Assembly (NCBI GenBank): GCA_037447605.1
Contig: CM074820.1
Location: 434,001-498,000 of the forward strand
Source: Zygnema circumcarinatum SAG 698-1b
Taxonomy: Eukaryota > Plantae > Zygnematophyceae
Length of the DNA stretch: 64,000 bases
Direction: 5' to 3'
Below are positions 23,243 to 36,049 of the stretch, piece after piece. Every line of letters begins with the position of its first letter. The first letter of the stretch is position 1. The notes under the pieces are model-generated. The model was not told where the DNA came from, ran no database searches, and worked only from the letters and a program-made list of their open reading frames with translations. The position numbers and the translations under genes were made by a program.

Positions 23243-26002
23243 ATGTTGAAGCTGCCTGAGGTCCCTCTGCAGGTACTCAAGAGTTGGTAGGATCTTGTGC
23301 TGCTCGTTTCCTTGCAGCTGGATTTAAGGGCAAAATCATGTTGTGTTGAGAGTAACAGGAAATGTTGTTTCCCTCCCTCCCTCCCTCCTTCTCTCTTTCC
23401 CCCTCCCTACCTTTACCTACATCCCTCCCCCCCTCCCTCCCTCCCTCCTTCCCTCCCTCCCTCCTTCCCTCCCTCCCTCCGCCCCTCCCTCCGTCCCTAC
23501 CACCCACTTCTCGTTCTTTCCTCCATTCCCTCCCTCCTGCTCGAAGAAGTTCAGGAGTATGAATGTGTGTGGATTGAAACGTTCTGTCAACTCAACTTTT
23601 TCTTCGAATTTTTTGAAGCACATAGTTTGATAACTGCCGTTCGTCCTCCTTTTGCCCTCCATCGCATTTTGTCCTCTCGTCCACTCCCTCTATTCCTCCA
23701 TGTCGCCACTTTCCATCTTTGCTCTCTGATCTCAATTCCATCCCCTCATATCCTCCCTTTCCCCTCCCACTTCCTTCCCATCCCTATCTCCTCTCTCTCC
23801 ACCTTTTCATTCTCCATTCCTCCCTCTTCCTCCCCCTGCCTCTCACATTATTTTTCCCACCCCAAAATTGCACTTTATCTCCCCTACAACTCTTCCTTCT
23901 TTCCTCCAACTTCAATGTATGTTTCGTCACAGCTATGTAATGTAATCTGTAGTTGTAGCTAAGAACAAATGTGCTTTGTTTATGTGGGGCGTAGGGACCT
24001 GTAGCCTTAGCAGTCGTTGAGAGTCCAAGGGAGATTTCGACTGCAGCTTTTAAGGAGGGCTTCATGGCGGACCTCCCATGGCTAGTGCATGCATTGGCTG
24101 CCGTTACCCCCTTGTTTATCGGAATTGTATACTACAACGGCACTCTCTTCTCCCTTCATGTTATGGCTATGTCCGCAGCATTTCTTCTGATCCTGCCAGA
24201 GGGTCTCATTATCGCCGTTAAAGCTATCAGGGTATGCACACACATGACTGGAATGGTGGCGCCAAATTGTCTAAGTTTGTCTTGAAGGCATTGAGTGTTT
24301 CGCGGCGATCTTTTCTGGTTTGTTGATTCCTTCAGTAAATGAAGTCATCGAACTTGAATATGCTAACGTAACGCTATTTAAATAACGCTGATGTGAGCGT
24401 GTTAGCTGGATGGAGGGGTGTGATGCAGCACAAGAGCCGACCGAGATTGATGCAAATCCACATGTACCTACAGTTTACAGCTTTCGTTCTAGCCATGATT
24501 GGGTTTTTAGCCCAGTTTTGGCATCGTCAACTTCAGGGAAAGCGACATTTTAAGGGTCTGCATTCATTTCTTGGAGTTACAACTCTCATAGGAACGCAAG
24601 CGGTTACATTTGTTGGCATACTTCTATACTTTTGGATTCCCAAAGCCCGGAGAGCTTCCCTACCACGGATTTTGGCATTCCATAGACTGGTCAGAACGAA
24701 CTCTCTCTTTTCCCTAACATGTTTATCAGCCACGGGACTTTGAAAGTCTCCAGAAATATTCAACCACTGAGAAGGCGTAGGGTATATGGGACTAAACCAC
24801 CATTTCCTTGTGGGCTTAGACGCTCTAATGTGTTCAAGCTTTTCATATTTTTTAGTGCAGTTTCTCACTTCTTAGAAGATAGTGTTCATTGTTTTGGTGA
24901 TGCCTTACTACCATGTTCTCACATGTTGCTAAATCCTTTCCTTCGGGGTCCTTACAGGGAGGTCGACTGGTCTTCGTTTTAGGCATCCTTACTATTTTGG
25001 AGGCCCTCAAAATATTTGATCCAGAGCACAGACGACACAAGGTAATCTGAACTGCATTACTCACATCTCTTTTCCTTCTGAGGGATTCAATTCGTGACTT
25101 TGTTAACATTATGCTTTGATGGATTCTCAAATGATTCACAGTAATGATGAAAAACATTATATTTCCGATACCCCAGGGGACTCTCCTTGCTTCCCCCCTT
25201 CACCTAAGCATGAACAATATGTCTCAAAATCTCACTCTGAGAGTTATCAAACAGGGTCGTTGGCACTGCTTGATTCAACACTCTTTTGAGGATACTGGGC
25301 TAGGAAGCGTCAGTGAGCATTGAGCTTATGCCAATTAGGAAGGGAGCCTCCCTTTCAGGATGCTTTACCTTATAGCTAGTGTGGAGTGATGGTTACATAT
25401 TTAGACTGATTAAAGTGCTCCCTACCAGCAATCTCCTTACCTGCATGCTTCGTCAATGCGATGCTGAAGCCTACTCAGTGCCTTGATATGTATGGGGGAG
25501 AAAGGCAGAGAGGGTGAGGATGGGGGTGAGGGAGAGGGGTGATGGTGGGGGNNNNNNNNNNGGGTGAGGGCACCCTAATGCTCGAACTTCTCATCCACTT
25601 GACCCAGCCTGTATCTTTTAGGATTATGCAAACCCTAATCTCCAGGTGCCTATGCTCAGCAGTTTCTTATATACTCGCTAACATGCATGCATGCCCATAT
25701 ACATCTGTGACCATGTATGTGTTGTGCATGTGCAGGGATGGATCACATACTGCTTCGCATGCGCCATTGTGGCCCAAGTGGTGGGCATGCAGGGAGTGAT
25801 GTGGCCGGCGGTCCTGCGTTGGACGAGGAGAGAAGTGCCGAGGTCGCCCATGGGTGCGTGGCCGAGCTCGCCCTTTGGCGGATGGCCGAACTCTCCGATG
25901 GGGTTGAAGGGGGGGGGCGAACGGAACCCCCTACAGGTGGTGGTCGACCACAAGACGGAGATTCAGCAGGAGGATAAGGAGGAGATCAACAAGGGCGTCT
26001 GA
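23243..26002 (+). CDS. Cytochrome b561 family (CYB561D-like) membrane protein
   Basis: Exons 23243-23272 (inferred), 23995-24231, 24429-24689, 24958-25041, 25736-26002. Four candidate haem-ligand His in spaced helices: FSLHVMAM, QIHMYLQ, GLHSFLG, AFHRL. Confidence 0.82.
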
Positions 26003-27187
26003 TATCGATCCGTCTTCTCCTCTCTCTCTCTCTCTCACACACTCTCGCCCATCTCTCTCTCTCTCTCTCTCGCTCTCTCCTCTTGTCCTGTTCCCTACTT
26101 TAGAGTCTAAATTATCGCACCAGATTCTGTTTTCAGTTTGTAAAGGACAAAGTGGTCCGGTGGCAAGGGAGCATTTCCTTAGCGTTCATTGCTTATTTCT
26201 ACCATTTTCATTAAGTTAGAGGACTTTTTTTTCAGGAAACGCAGAATGTTGTTGCCGGTTTATTTTTCTTGAATCTCTTTATGAATTTGACTTTACCAAC
26301 ACCTCTCGTGTCATCACTGATGCCATGCTCTGCGAGAAAATACGAAAAATTATGAAGTTAAGGGACGACGAAATATGAAAGTGACGAAGGAACTCAGAGA
26401 CGCAGAAAGGAACTAAGCAACGAGAAGTCGAAATAAGAAAATGATAACAAAGAAATTAAGGAATTAAGAACTGCAAGCTTTTCCTTTGAAGCAACAATTC
26501 AAATCTAAGTCTTCAAAATTGATAAACACTGGGTGGAAAATGCTGTGCAATGGAAATCAATATTTATTTATTTATTTATGGTCCTCCATACACTCCTGGG
26601 CAGTCGGCACTCCATTAAAGCCCTCCGAAGTCCTTTCCATGGTTTCCTCAAACTAATAAAATTACTTATTGGGCCCCTGTACTGCTGTCGTTTAGCTGCC
26701 CAGTACTAGGACTTCCATGAATATGCCTTTTAGGCAGCCTGTCTCTCCCTCGCCCTCTCCCTCCCTCTCCCTCTCCCTCTTCGTCTCCCTCTCCCTCTCC
26801 CTCTTCGTCTCCCTCTCCCTCTCCCTCTTCGTCTCCCTCTCCCTCCCCCCATCTCCTTCTCCCCTTTCCCCCCAACTCCCCTCTCACTCCCACTTCCTCT
26901 CCATCTCCTTCGCCCACACCATTTTCCCTCTCTCACACCCTCACCCTCTCACCATCTTCCTCCCCTTTCCCTCCTCTCTCTCTTCGTCCTCTAGAAACAC
27001 ACGACGGACGTTGAGCTCTGTACATCCAATAAGTGGCTTCAATACTGACGCGAAAGCGGCTCCTGGTAACCACCTTACTGATTCAACAATCCTGACAACC
27101 CTAACCCTAATCCTAAAACCCTCAACCCTAAACCTTGAACCCAGACCACTGTTCATGAACATCCAGACGATCCCTCTCTCACCCTTG

Positions 27188-30100
27188 TCAAAGCCGCTGC
27201 TTAAATACTTCCTGCGTCAAAAAGAAAGTCCCAAATGACCGCTCATTCAGAAACTGACTCTTTAGCTCTATCAAGTGTAGAGCAACGGAAACAGTTTACA
27301 ACTTAAGCTTTCTTACGGGCATAACAATGGAAGCTGTTTAACAGTATGTACCTTTATCAGGGATATTCGATGGAAGCGATAATGGACATACGATACGAGC
27401 AGTGTGAGGGAGCCTCATGCTTGAAAACTTACAGAGAAGGAGCTGATTGCATAATTGATGTCCGATGTAGTAATGTGATAATGGGTCACAAGACGAATCC
27501 TGCACCCCATGCATCGATGTGTAGGATGGATACATGTCATGCATGGCTATACATGCCATACGCCTCCATCCATGCCATTCCAAGCCACACTTTTCGGAAT
27601 CCGATACATGCCATCCCCACCATGCATGCCATACATGCACCTTCAATTGTAGAGCACACAATGAGGTGAGGCACTTCCCTCACCTTCATGTACTGAGACA
27701 CACCTATTTCTTCCCTCCACTTGCCCGCAAATGACCACCACATGCATAACTAAGACCATGGTATCCACAACAGCATGCATCTCCCGCCGCCCCTCCTCCC
27801 TCTCTCCCCACTCCCACCTTCCCCACGCTCCCCTACTCCCCTCCCCCTTCCCCCCCACCACTCCCCACTCCCCTCTCTCCCCTCCCTCTCTCCCTCCCCC
27901 TCCCCCTCCCACTTCCCCCCTCCCCTTCCCTCCCCTCTCCAACTTCCCCTCCCTCCCCTCTCCAACTTCCCCTCCCTCCCTCCCACTTTCCCCCTCCCCT
28001 TCCTCCCCCTCCCCCACTTCCCCTCCCTCCCTCCCTCCCTCCATCTCCCCTAGGCCTCTCACTCCCTCCCCCNNNNNNNNNNTCCCCCTCTCCCCCCCTC
28101 CCTCCCTCCCTCCCTCCCTCCCTCCACCTCCCTTCCCCCTCCTTCCCTCCCTCCCTTCCACTCGGTATAGGCTCAACACCTGCCAGGTCCGCTCTCCAAT
28201 ATGAGAACCCCTTTTTCTTTGAGAGCAGCGCACAGCTCATCCGGACGGAAGGGGCAGTCTTCAGTGATATCCACATACACCTGCTCAGCTCAGAGAGAGG
28301 AGGAAATGAGGGAATAATTATTGAATAAACATAGCTCCTTTTTCTTCTTTTAAACTTCTGTGAATGAAGGGAACTATCCTACTCCTCCCTCTCCCCCTTC
28401 TCCTTCACCTCTCCTTCTCTCTCTACCTCTCTACACTGAATGAAAGGACTACTCTACATTAGTACTATGTGAGCAGAAGTTGAATGCGATGAAAGGAGGA
28501 AGGCAGCTTACAAGGTTTGTGTCGATTGTTTGAATGTCAACTGCAAGTCCCTTCATATGACTCAATCCCTCTGGCAACCTCCAAACAAGAGGGGGTTTCA
28601 GTCTGAAAAGTCTGAAAAGACATGGAATTCTAAAGTAGGTTTTTTTAATTCATTTCGCTGTTTTTCTTGTTACGCGGGAAAGCGCGTACTCGTTTCTTTT
28701 TCCTAAGTGTGAAACTTTTCTAAGTTTGAAACCCCCTACTAACGAGCATACCAAGTGTGGAGAGCAGAGAATTAAACAGAGTCAAAGAAGAGGGGATGAG
28801 GGGGAGGGAGGAAGCAAAAGGGGATGGAGTGGTCCTCCTCCCCTCCCTACCAACTCCCCTCCCCTCCTCCCCCTCTCCCCTACTTCCCCACTCCCTCCCT
28901 CCCCACTCCCCCCCTCCCCCCCCCTTCCCCCGGCCACCTCCCCCCTCGCCCCTCCCCCTCCACCCCTCCCTCTCTCCCGCCCACCCTCCCCTCCCTCCCC
29001 CCTTCCATCCCCCTCCACCCTCTCTTCCCCCCCTCCCCCTCTCTCTCTCCCCCCACCTCCTCCCTCCCCCTTCCCTCCCCTCCACCCTCTCTTCCTCCCC
29101 TCCTCTCTCCCCCTACCCTCCCCTCCCTCCCCCCCTCCCCCTCCACCCTCTCTTCCCCCTCCCCCTCTCTCTCTCTCCCCCCACCTCCTCCCTCCCCCTT
29201 CCTCCCCTCCGCCTCTCTTCCCCCCCTCCCCCTCCCTCTCTCCCCCTACCTCCCTCCCTCCCCCTTCCCTCCCCCTCCACCCTCTCGCCCCCCCTCCCCC
29301 ACTCTCTCTCCCCGCCTCCCTCCCTCCCCCTTCCCTCCCTCCCCCTTCCATCCCCCTCCACCCTCTCTTCCCCCCTCCCCCCTCCCTCTCTCCCCCCTAC
29401 CCTCCCCTCCCTCCCCCCTTCCCTCCCCCTCCACCCTCTCTTCCCCCTCCCCCTCCCTCTCTCTCCCCCTCCCTCCCTCCCTCCCCCTTCCCTCCCTCCA
29501 CCCTCTCTTCCCCCTCCCCCACTCTCTCTCCCACCCTCCCCTCCCTCCCCCTTCCCTCCCTCCACCCTCTCCCTTCCCCCTCCCCCTCCCTCTCTCCCCC
29601 TCCCTCCCCTCCCTCCCCCTCCCTCCCTCCACCCTCTCTTCCCCCTCCCCCACTCTCTCTCCCCACCTCTCCCTCCCCCTTCCCTCCCCTCCCCCTTCCC
29701 TCCCTCCCCCTCCTCCCTCCACCCTCTCTTCCCCATCCCCCTCTCTCTCCCCCCACCCTCCCTCCCTCCCCCTCCTCCCACACCACCCTCTCTTCCCCCC
29801 TCCCCCCTCCCTCTCTCCCCCCTACCCTCCCCTCCCTCCCCCCTTCCCTCCCCCTCCACCCTCTCTTCCCCCCTCCCCCCACTCTCTCTCCCCCCCACCC
29901 TCCCCTCTCTCTCCCCCCCACCCTCCCCCCCTTCCCTCCCCCTCCCCCCTTCCCTCCCCCTCCACCCTCTCTTCCCCCCTCCTCCCTCTCTCTCTCTCTC
30001 TCTCTCTTCCTCCCACCTCCCTAAACCCTTTGATTAAGCAGCCCACCTGCCAGCAGCTTCGCATGGTAATGGTCTTCCTCCAGTCTCATTGTCATCTCCT

Positions 30101-30418
30101 GAAGAGAGAGAATACCGGCGGCAGCGATCACTCCCACTTGCCTCATTCCTCCTCCGAGAGCTTTTCGGAGTCGTCTCGCCTGCAAAAAGAATAAAATGAA
30201 ATCAAAACAATAAGATAAAACGAAACAAATTAATGGGCAAAGAAAAATAAAATAAGACCCAAAACCAAGTAATAATATGCGTTCAAAAGTTGAAAAGTTC
30301 GACAAGCAACATGCTTTAACATTTGAGGCATTAAAGAGGAAGAGAAAGAGAGAGAGAGAGAGAGACAGAGAGAGAGAGAGAGGGAGATAAAAAGAAAGAG
30401 ATAGAGATAGAGAGAGAA

Positions 30419-30452
<34 letters not shown>

Positions 30453-31140
30453 CGAAGCGCGAGAGAGAGTAGTGATTCATACCTTAGCAATGAAATCTCG
30501 GGAGCCGAGAATAATGCTCCCAACAGGGGCTGCCAGCCCTTTAGAGAGGCATACCTGCACTACATAGGAGGGAGAAGAAAAGACATTCAAAATTTCGCTT
30601 CCAGGCAGCGATGGTTAAAGCAAAGCAGCTGCTTCCAATAGCAGCAATGTGAAGGTCCTGAAATTTTATGAAGAATGAGCAGATGCTTACCGACACAGAA
30701 TCGGCTGCATTGACCAGTCTGGCAGGGGATATCTTCAAAGCCTGCAACCTCAAAACATGGGATAAAACATGGCATAAATATTGTACCCACATGCAGTTAG
30801 AGCTCAATAGAGGTTGAATTCAACCACATTCTTTGCAATGAAATGCGATTATTACGGTTACATCACAGACATTGCATACATTGCAAAATCAACAGCTCGG
30901 ACACTTTTCAGAACTTGAAGTTTTAGATGCTTTTTCGTTCAAATGTATTCTTTATTCCTGACAAAGTCAGTGAGCTCTCGGGAAAAGAAGGGACAGCTGA
31001 CAGTATTGACCTAGGGCGGCTCTTGTTTGGATTGAGCCAATCAGAGCGCGCCACGTCAGGCAATATGCAAACGTGGCAGGCTGTGATTCGGCTTTGCGGA
31101 ACAGGGTAGCTTCAATGGAGACCCATCCCTAGAGTTCAGC

Positions 31141-31190
<50 letters not shown>

Positions 31191-32473
31191 ATTGATATTG
31201 AAAGGAACATGATGGAGAGGCATCAAAGGCATATAGAAGCCAAAATTGCCAAAATTTCCAAAATTTCTCAATGCCATTTTCCCTCTCAAAATTGTAATCA
31301 CTGCCATCTTCATCCATAGAGAAAACTGACCGTGGCTGCATTGCAGATTCTAGCGCCGTCAATATGCAGTTTGAGGCCATATCGATGGGCCAAATCTCCC
31401 ACTTGGTCGGTGTACTCTGCTGATAAAACACGCCCCCCGCACCTGCTCATATGGAAAAAACAAAAATATACATATATATATTAAAATTAGAACTTCATTC
31501 AGCTTTAGAGCAACCCTCTTTCACAGCAAAAAAAGAAAAAAAAATGGGTTTTTTTTTACCTATTGTGAGTATTTTCGAGGCAAATCACTCGCGTGATCGG
31601 GTAGTGCTCGTCGTCAGTCCGAATCGCCGCTTCTAATTTTGAAAGGTCCATTGTTCCGTCGGAGTTGGTGGGAACTGTGCGAGGATGGACCCCTCCAAGA
31701 GTCGAAACTCCGCCCTGCTCGTAATGGTGAGTGTGGCTCTCACTGCCCATAATGGCTTCACTGCCCCGCACCTGAAATCAAAATCAAAATCAAAATCAAA
31801 AACAAAATCAAAATCAAGAACAAAAAGCGAAATCAAAATCAAAAGTAGAATCAAAATCAAAAGCACAAGTAAAAGTAAAAGAAAAAGATTTCGATAATGT
31901 CGAGGATTGCCATCGCATAAGCAGGAAGGAGTGAGAGATGAGGGTGCAGAATGAGAATATGAAGTGCGCTTTCAGATGTTTTGTATGGAAACATTCTTTC
32001 TTCTTCATCTTCTCATTCTTTATCTATTCTTAATTCTTAATTCCTTAGTCTTAATTCGTACTTCTTTAGTCTTAATTCTTAATTCTTTAATCTTAATTCT
32101 TTAATCTTAATTCTTTAATCTTAATTCTGTAATCTTAGTTCTTCACTCTCCATTCTTTATGCAGATACGTTGAGCAGAATCATTCATTCCGCACCTCGCA
32201 GTGCACCAAAATGCAAATCAAATTCCCCATTGTTCCAGAAGGCACCAACAGCGCTGCTTCCTTTCCGAACATCTCCACCGCCCGTTGCAGGAGCTTCTCC
32301 GACGTCGGATCCGTACCGAGCACGTCATCATCGACGTCAGCAGCCGCCATGGCTGCCCTCATCGCCGCCGTCGGCTGCGTAACAGTGTCCGATCGCAGAT
32401 CAACCCTAACCCTAATTTCAGTCGCTGCACCTCCTTTACCTTCCAAGCCTGCTGCATCGATTTCTGGAGCCAT
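27188..32473 (-). CDS. THA1: Low-specificity L-threonine aldolase (PLP-dependent)
   Basis: Exons 32473-32195, 31771-31560, 31442-31331, 30741-30691, 30554-30483, 30179-30047, 28570-28512, 28280-28180, 27499-27433, and 27211-27188 (last uncertain). Motifs [33 protein letters not shown] (PLP lysine), GGGMRQVG and RIRLVTH. The THA1 versus THA2 paralogue cannot be resolved. Confidence 0.93.
28825..30020. repeat. About 1.2 kb polypyrimidine/polypurine tract within threonine aldolase intron 6
   Basis: Almost exclusively C and T on the + strand, built from variants of ccctcccc and ctccaccctctcttcccc. Confidence 0.9.
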
Positions 32474-33653
32474 GGCTGCGGAGTTTAGGGTTGAGAGTAG
32501 GGGCAATATGTGCAATAGTCAATGAATTATTGAAAATATTTTGAAAATTTCGAGGTTAATATTAGAAAATTAATCCTTTTCTTTCCCTGCCGCAAGAATT
32601 GCCTGCATGTGGAAAGCAAGGCGGGGAAATGGGCTGTTTTTTTAAATGAATGGGGTTTGCTTGCAAGGCTGCCTCGCTGTTTTTGACGCCTATTCAGCGC
32701 TACCGTACTGTACTCCTCATAGTGGGGCATGTCAGAACTTAACAAAATCGAGCGGGAAATTGATCTTCAGTACTGTAGTGCTGATTTTTTAGCAGTACAA
32801 CAGTACACTTTTGCAGGCGGATCGCTCTCTCCCCAAAGTACCGGCTCACCCCCCAAAAGGCTTGGTCTTCAATATACTTAAGAAGTATCTTCAGTAGTGT
32901 ACTGAAGAAGAAAGAACAGGAGACGGAAATGGCATTGAACTCACGATGGCGAGGCCATCCGACAACTACCATTCGAGGTTTTTCTTGTTTAACAAGTCTG
33001 CCTTGCGTGCTGCTCAAGTTCGTGCACAAACTTTCATGACTAGTCTTGATCACCACGTTGACTTTTAAACCACGAGCCTTCGGTCAAAACAGGACCATGC
33101 GAACGACTAACAAGCTGGTCAAAGTTTGGCGATGGATTAACCAAATCGCAGTTGGCATGAAAAATTACATTCACAAGCGCAACATGTCGGAGTTCTATTA
33201 CATATAAACGCGTAGAGGGAGAGGGAGAGGGAGGGGAGAGGGAGAGGGAGAGGGAGAGGGAGAGGGAGAGGGANNNNNNNNNNGAGAGGGAGAGGGAGAG
33301 GGAGAGGGAGAGGGAGAGCTGGAACGGGAAAACGCACACGCGTAGCGACAAGTTTTCCAAAAAAAAACTCTTCATGAGGTGATACAGTTATTTACATAGC
33401 GGCCTGCACGAGTCCGCTGCTCCTCACAAGGGCATCCCCCCTATATACAAGCACTCCCTAAATACATCGTCTACATCCTAACGGAAGGAAATGAACAAAA
33501 AAGAAAAGGAAAAAACCAGCACGCAGTTTACAAAGCTCCCTCAAAAATAATGCCAAATTCTCTCAAAACTGCCCATAACAGCTTCTTCAGCACGTACAGC
33601 TTTTTTAGGGCTGACGTCATTCCGGCTATCCCTCCTCCCTCAGTCTCCTCTCT

Positions 33654-36012
33654 CTAAAGAGGCATCGGATTCAGGAGATGTCTCACGCTTCCAAGAATCT
33701 CCACCTTAGTCAATTCCAGCTGCTGCTTTGCATTTTCAATGGCCTGCACAGCATCATATAGAGCCTTCCTCTTGGCTTCTGTCTCATCTATTTTCAGCTG
33801 CAAGTACTGACAGGCATAGTTTTCATCCACAGCTTGTGCTTTTGCAGTCATAATCCTCAAAATTCCTTCTGCCTCCTTCCTCAGCTGCTCCGCCTTCAAC
33901 TGAAGGACCTCTGCCTCTGCCTGCTTCAATCTCACAACTGTTGCCAAATCTTGGACTTGCTCTCTATCTCTCTGCTGCTGTCTTTGCAGCTCCGCTGCTT
34001 CATTTCTTTTTTGGTCAAGTTCTTTGTCATAAAGCTCTAAGGACACTCTTGCTTTTCTTAACTCCGTTTCCTTCTCCTTGGCATCAGTATCCATCTTCAT
34101 CACAACCTCCTTCACTGCCCCCGTTACCTTGTTGCATGCTTCACCGGTTTCAGGCAGCTGCACATCTGCATTGCTCATTCCACATTCCTTTTCGTCCACC
34201 TTATCTCGTTCAGACAGCTTGTCAATAACTGCACCCAAATCAAAGGTCCTCCTGGCTTTAAAACATTATAATCTCAATAATTCAGCACTTTACGCATAGA
34301 TAATTCAGCATCAGCGAGATAGATTATTCACCCACGCTTGAACACTGAAGATACTACAGCTGCCAGACTCAGTTTTCTGAGTCAAAACCTTGTGAACATA
34401 CCCAAAGTTACAAAAAGCAAAACACATCATAAAGAAGCTCATGTGTCATCAAAAACTCATAGCACAACACTAAGAAGCTCAAAACATCAGGAAGAGTAGA
34501 AGCTAATGCAGGCGAACCCCCCACAAAACCATCTCATGCAGTACCATATTCCCATCAGAGCCCCCCGTTTTCAGACCTCCCATGCCTGAATTCATAGAAA
34601 AAAGAGCAGTATCAACAAATTCAACACCTTCAATATCACTCCACATGCTTGATTCAACCAATATGCCGACTTCACACATAACCTGCAGCAGTCCCATTCC
34701 CCCCGTCTCCCTCTTCCTTACATGAAAAGAATTGCTGCATTTCAAGGGTGACCTTCTCGCTCTCCACCTTGTTGACTGTGAGCTCTCTGTACAAATTCTG
34801 AGCCTTCCATAGCAGCATTTTGCCCCTTCCGTCAACCGCTCCCCGAAACAGTCGAGCTACACAATCGAGCTCCTTCCTGATCACATCTCTGTCCCAGTCA
34901 TTCGAACACAGCATGAAAACGTCTTTTACAAACCCGTACAGCTCCGATGTATGCCCACATGCCAAACAAGAGAACTGAGTCTCCGACATTCCCGACGCCT
35001 TCGTCAAAGAAGGCCCTCTTGCAATGTATCCCATTCGAAGCGCGCAGTCGGTATGGCACCAATGCAAGCAGAAATCACAGCCAATCCATCGACAAGTATT
35101 TGCATCGAAGTCGAATTTCGTGCAGACGAGGCACATGCAAAGGTTGCAGAACCCCGTCTTTGAGCTGCAGATTTTGCAGCTACAGTTATCCGCCGGAAGC
35201 CGGCTCTGACACGCCACATTCCGACACCTCTTTTGCAAGAAAATATCCACGAGGGCCGGCGAAGTAATGCTTATATCAGGATGTAAGAATGCCTGGATGC
35301 CCGTTCTCACAGCCACCAGCACTTCCAGCTGGCTCTTATGCGCATTTGAAAGGGATCTCGCGTTCAATATATCTGTTCTTGACATGAGCAGCTTCTGCAG
35401 AGCAGCAAACTCCCCCCTGCGCTCCCCTCCTCCTAGAAAGTCCCTCAAATTGTACTTCAGAGCGTTGATGCTTTCCCATGGCAGCTTACTCAGCCGCGCC
35501 GCCACCTCTTCCACCGGCGACGACACTATATCCTGAAGCGTGGGGAAGCCTGGGGTAGGGCTAGGCATAGGGTTGGGGCTAGGCCTAGGGCTAGGGTTAG
35601 GGCTTAGGCTAGAATTAGGGTTAGGGTTAGGGTTAGGGTTGGGGTTAGGATGAAAGCTACGGTAGTGGTAAAGGTTAGGGTTAGAATTAGGAGAAGGATT
35701 AGGATTAGGGTTAGGATTAAAGCTAAGATTAGGGCTGAGATTAAGGCTCGAATTAGGGTTAGGCTCAGGCTCAGGATTAGGGTTAGGATTACGCGGGCCC
35801 TGCCCCGTGTCCCCCTCCCCGCTGCTGCTCCTGCTGTCCGCGCGCACCGAGCGGTGTGCCGAGGAGAGGGGCGTGGCCGGGGAAGGCTGCCTGAGGCCTA
35901 GGGCGGGGGGAGGGGGAGGGGGAGGGGGAGAGGAAGAGAGCTCCGCGGCCTGCTTGGCGGAGGGGAGGTCGTCCTCTTCATCCTCAGCAAAGGGAGGCCG
36001 GCTCCGCTTCAT
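33654..36012 (-). CDS. OBE1: OBERON-like PHD finger / coiled-coil protein
   Basis: Exon 36012-34683: VAVRTGIQAFLHP, KRCRNVACQSRLPADNCSCKIC, PHD CNLCMCLVC..WIGCDFCLHWCHTDC, CLACGHTSELYGFVKDVF. Phase-1 splice to exon 34228-33654 with the Oberon coiled coil (VVRLKQAEAEVLQLKAEQLRKEAE). OBE1 versus OBE2 cannot be resolved. Confidence 0.92.
35570..35790 (-). repeat. Telomere-like (TTAGGG)n-type hexamer repeats inside the OBERON coding exon
   Basis: ttagggttagggttagggtt... on the + strand encodes (Asn-Pro)n on the - strand. Confidence 0.8.
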
Positions 36013-36049
36013 GCCGACGAGGGGGGTATCCCCGCCCTGCCTCTCCTTC

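Noticed and set aside
28720-30194. Several 400+ aa Pro/Ser/Leu or Gly/Arg/Glu ORFs resembling extensins
   Set aside because: Open in nearly all frames because the tract lacks stop codons; it lies inside a GT-AG intron of threonine aldolase.
31129-31431. Poly-His ORF
   Set aside because: An (ATG/CAT)n microsatellite in a threonine aldolase intron, partly overlapping an exon in another frame.
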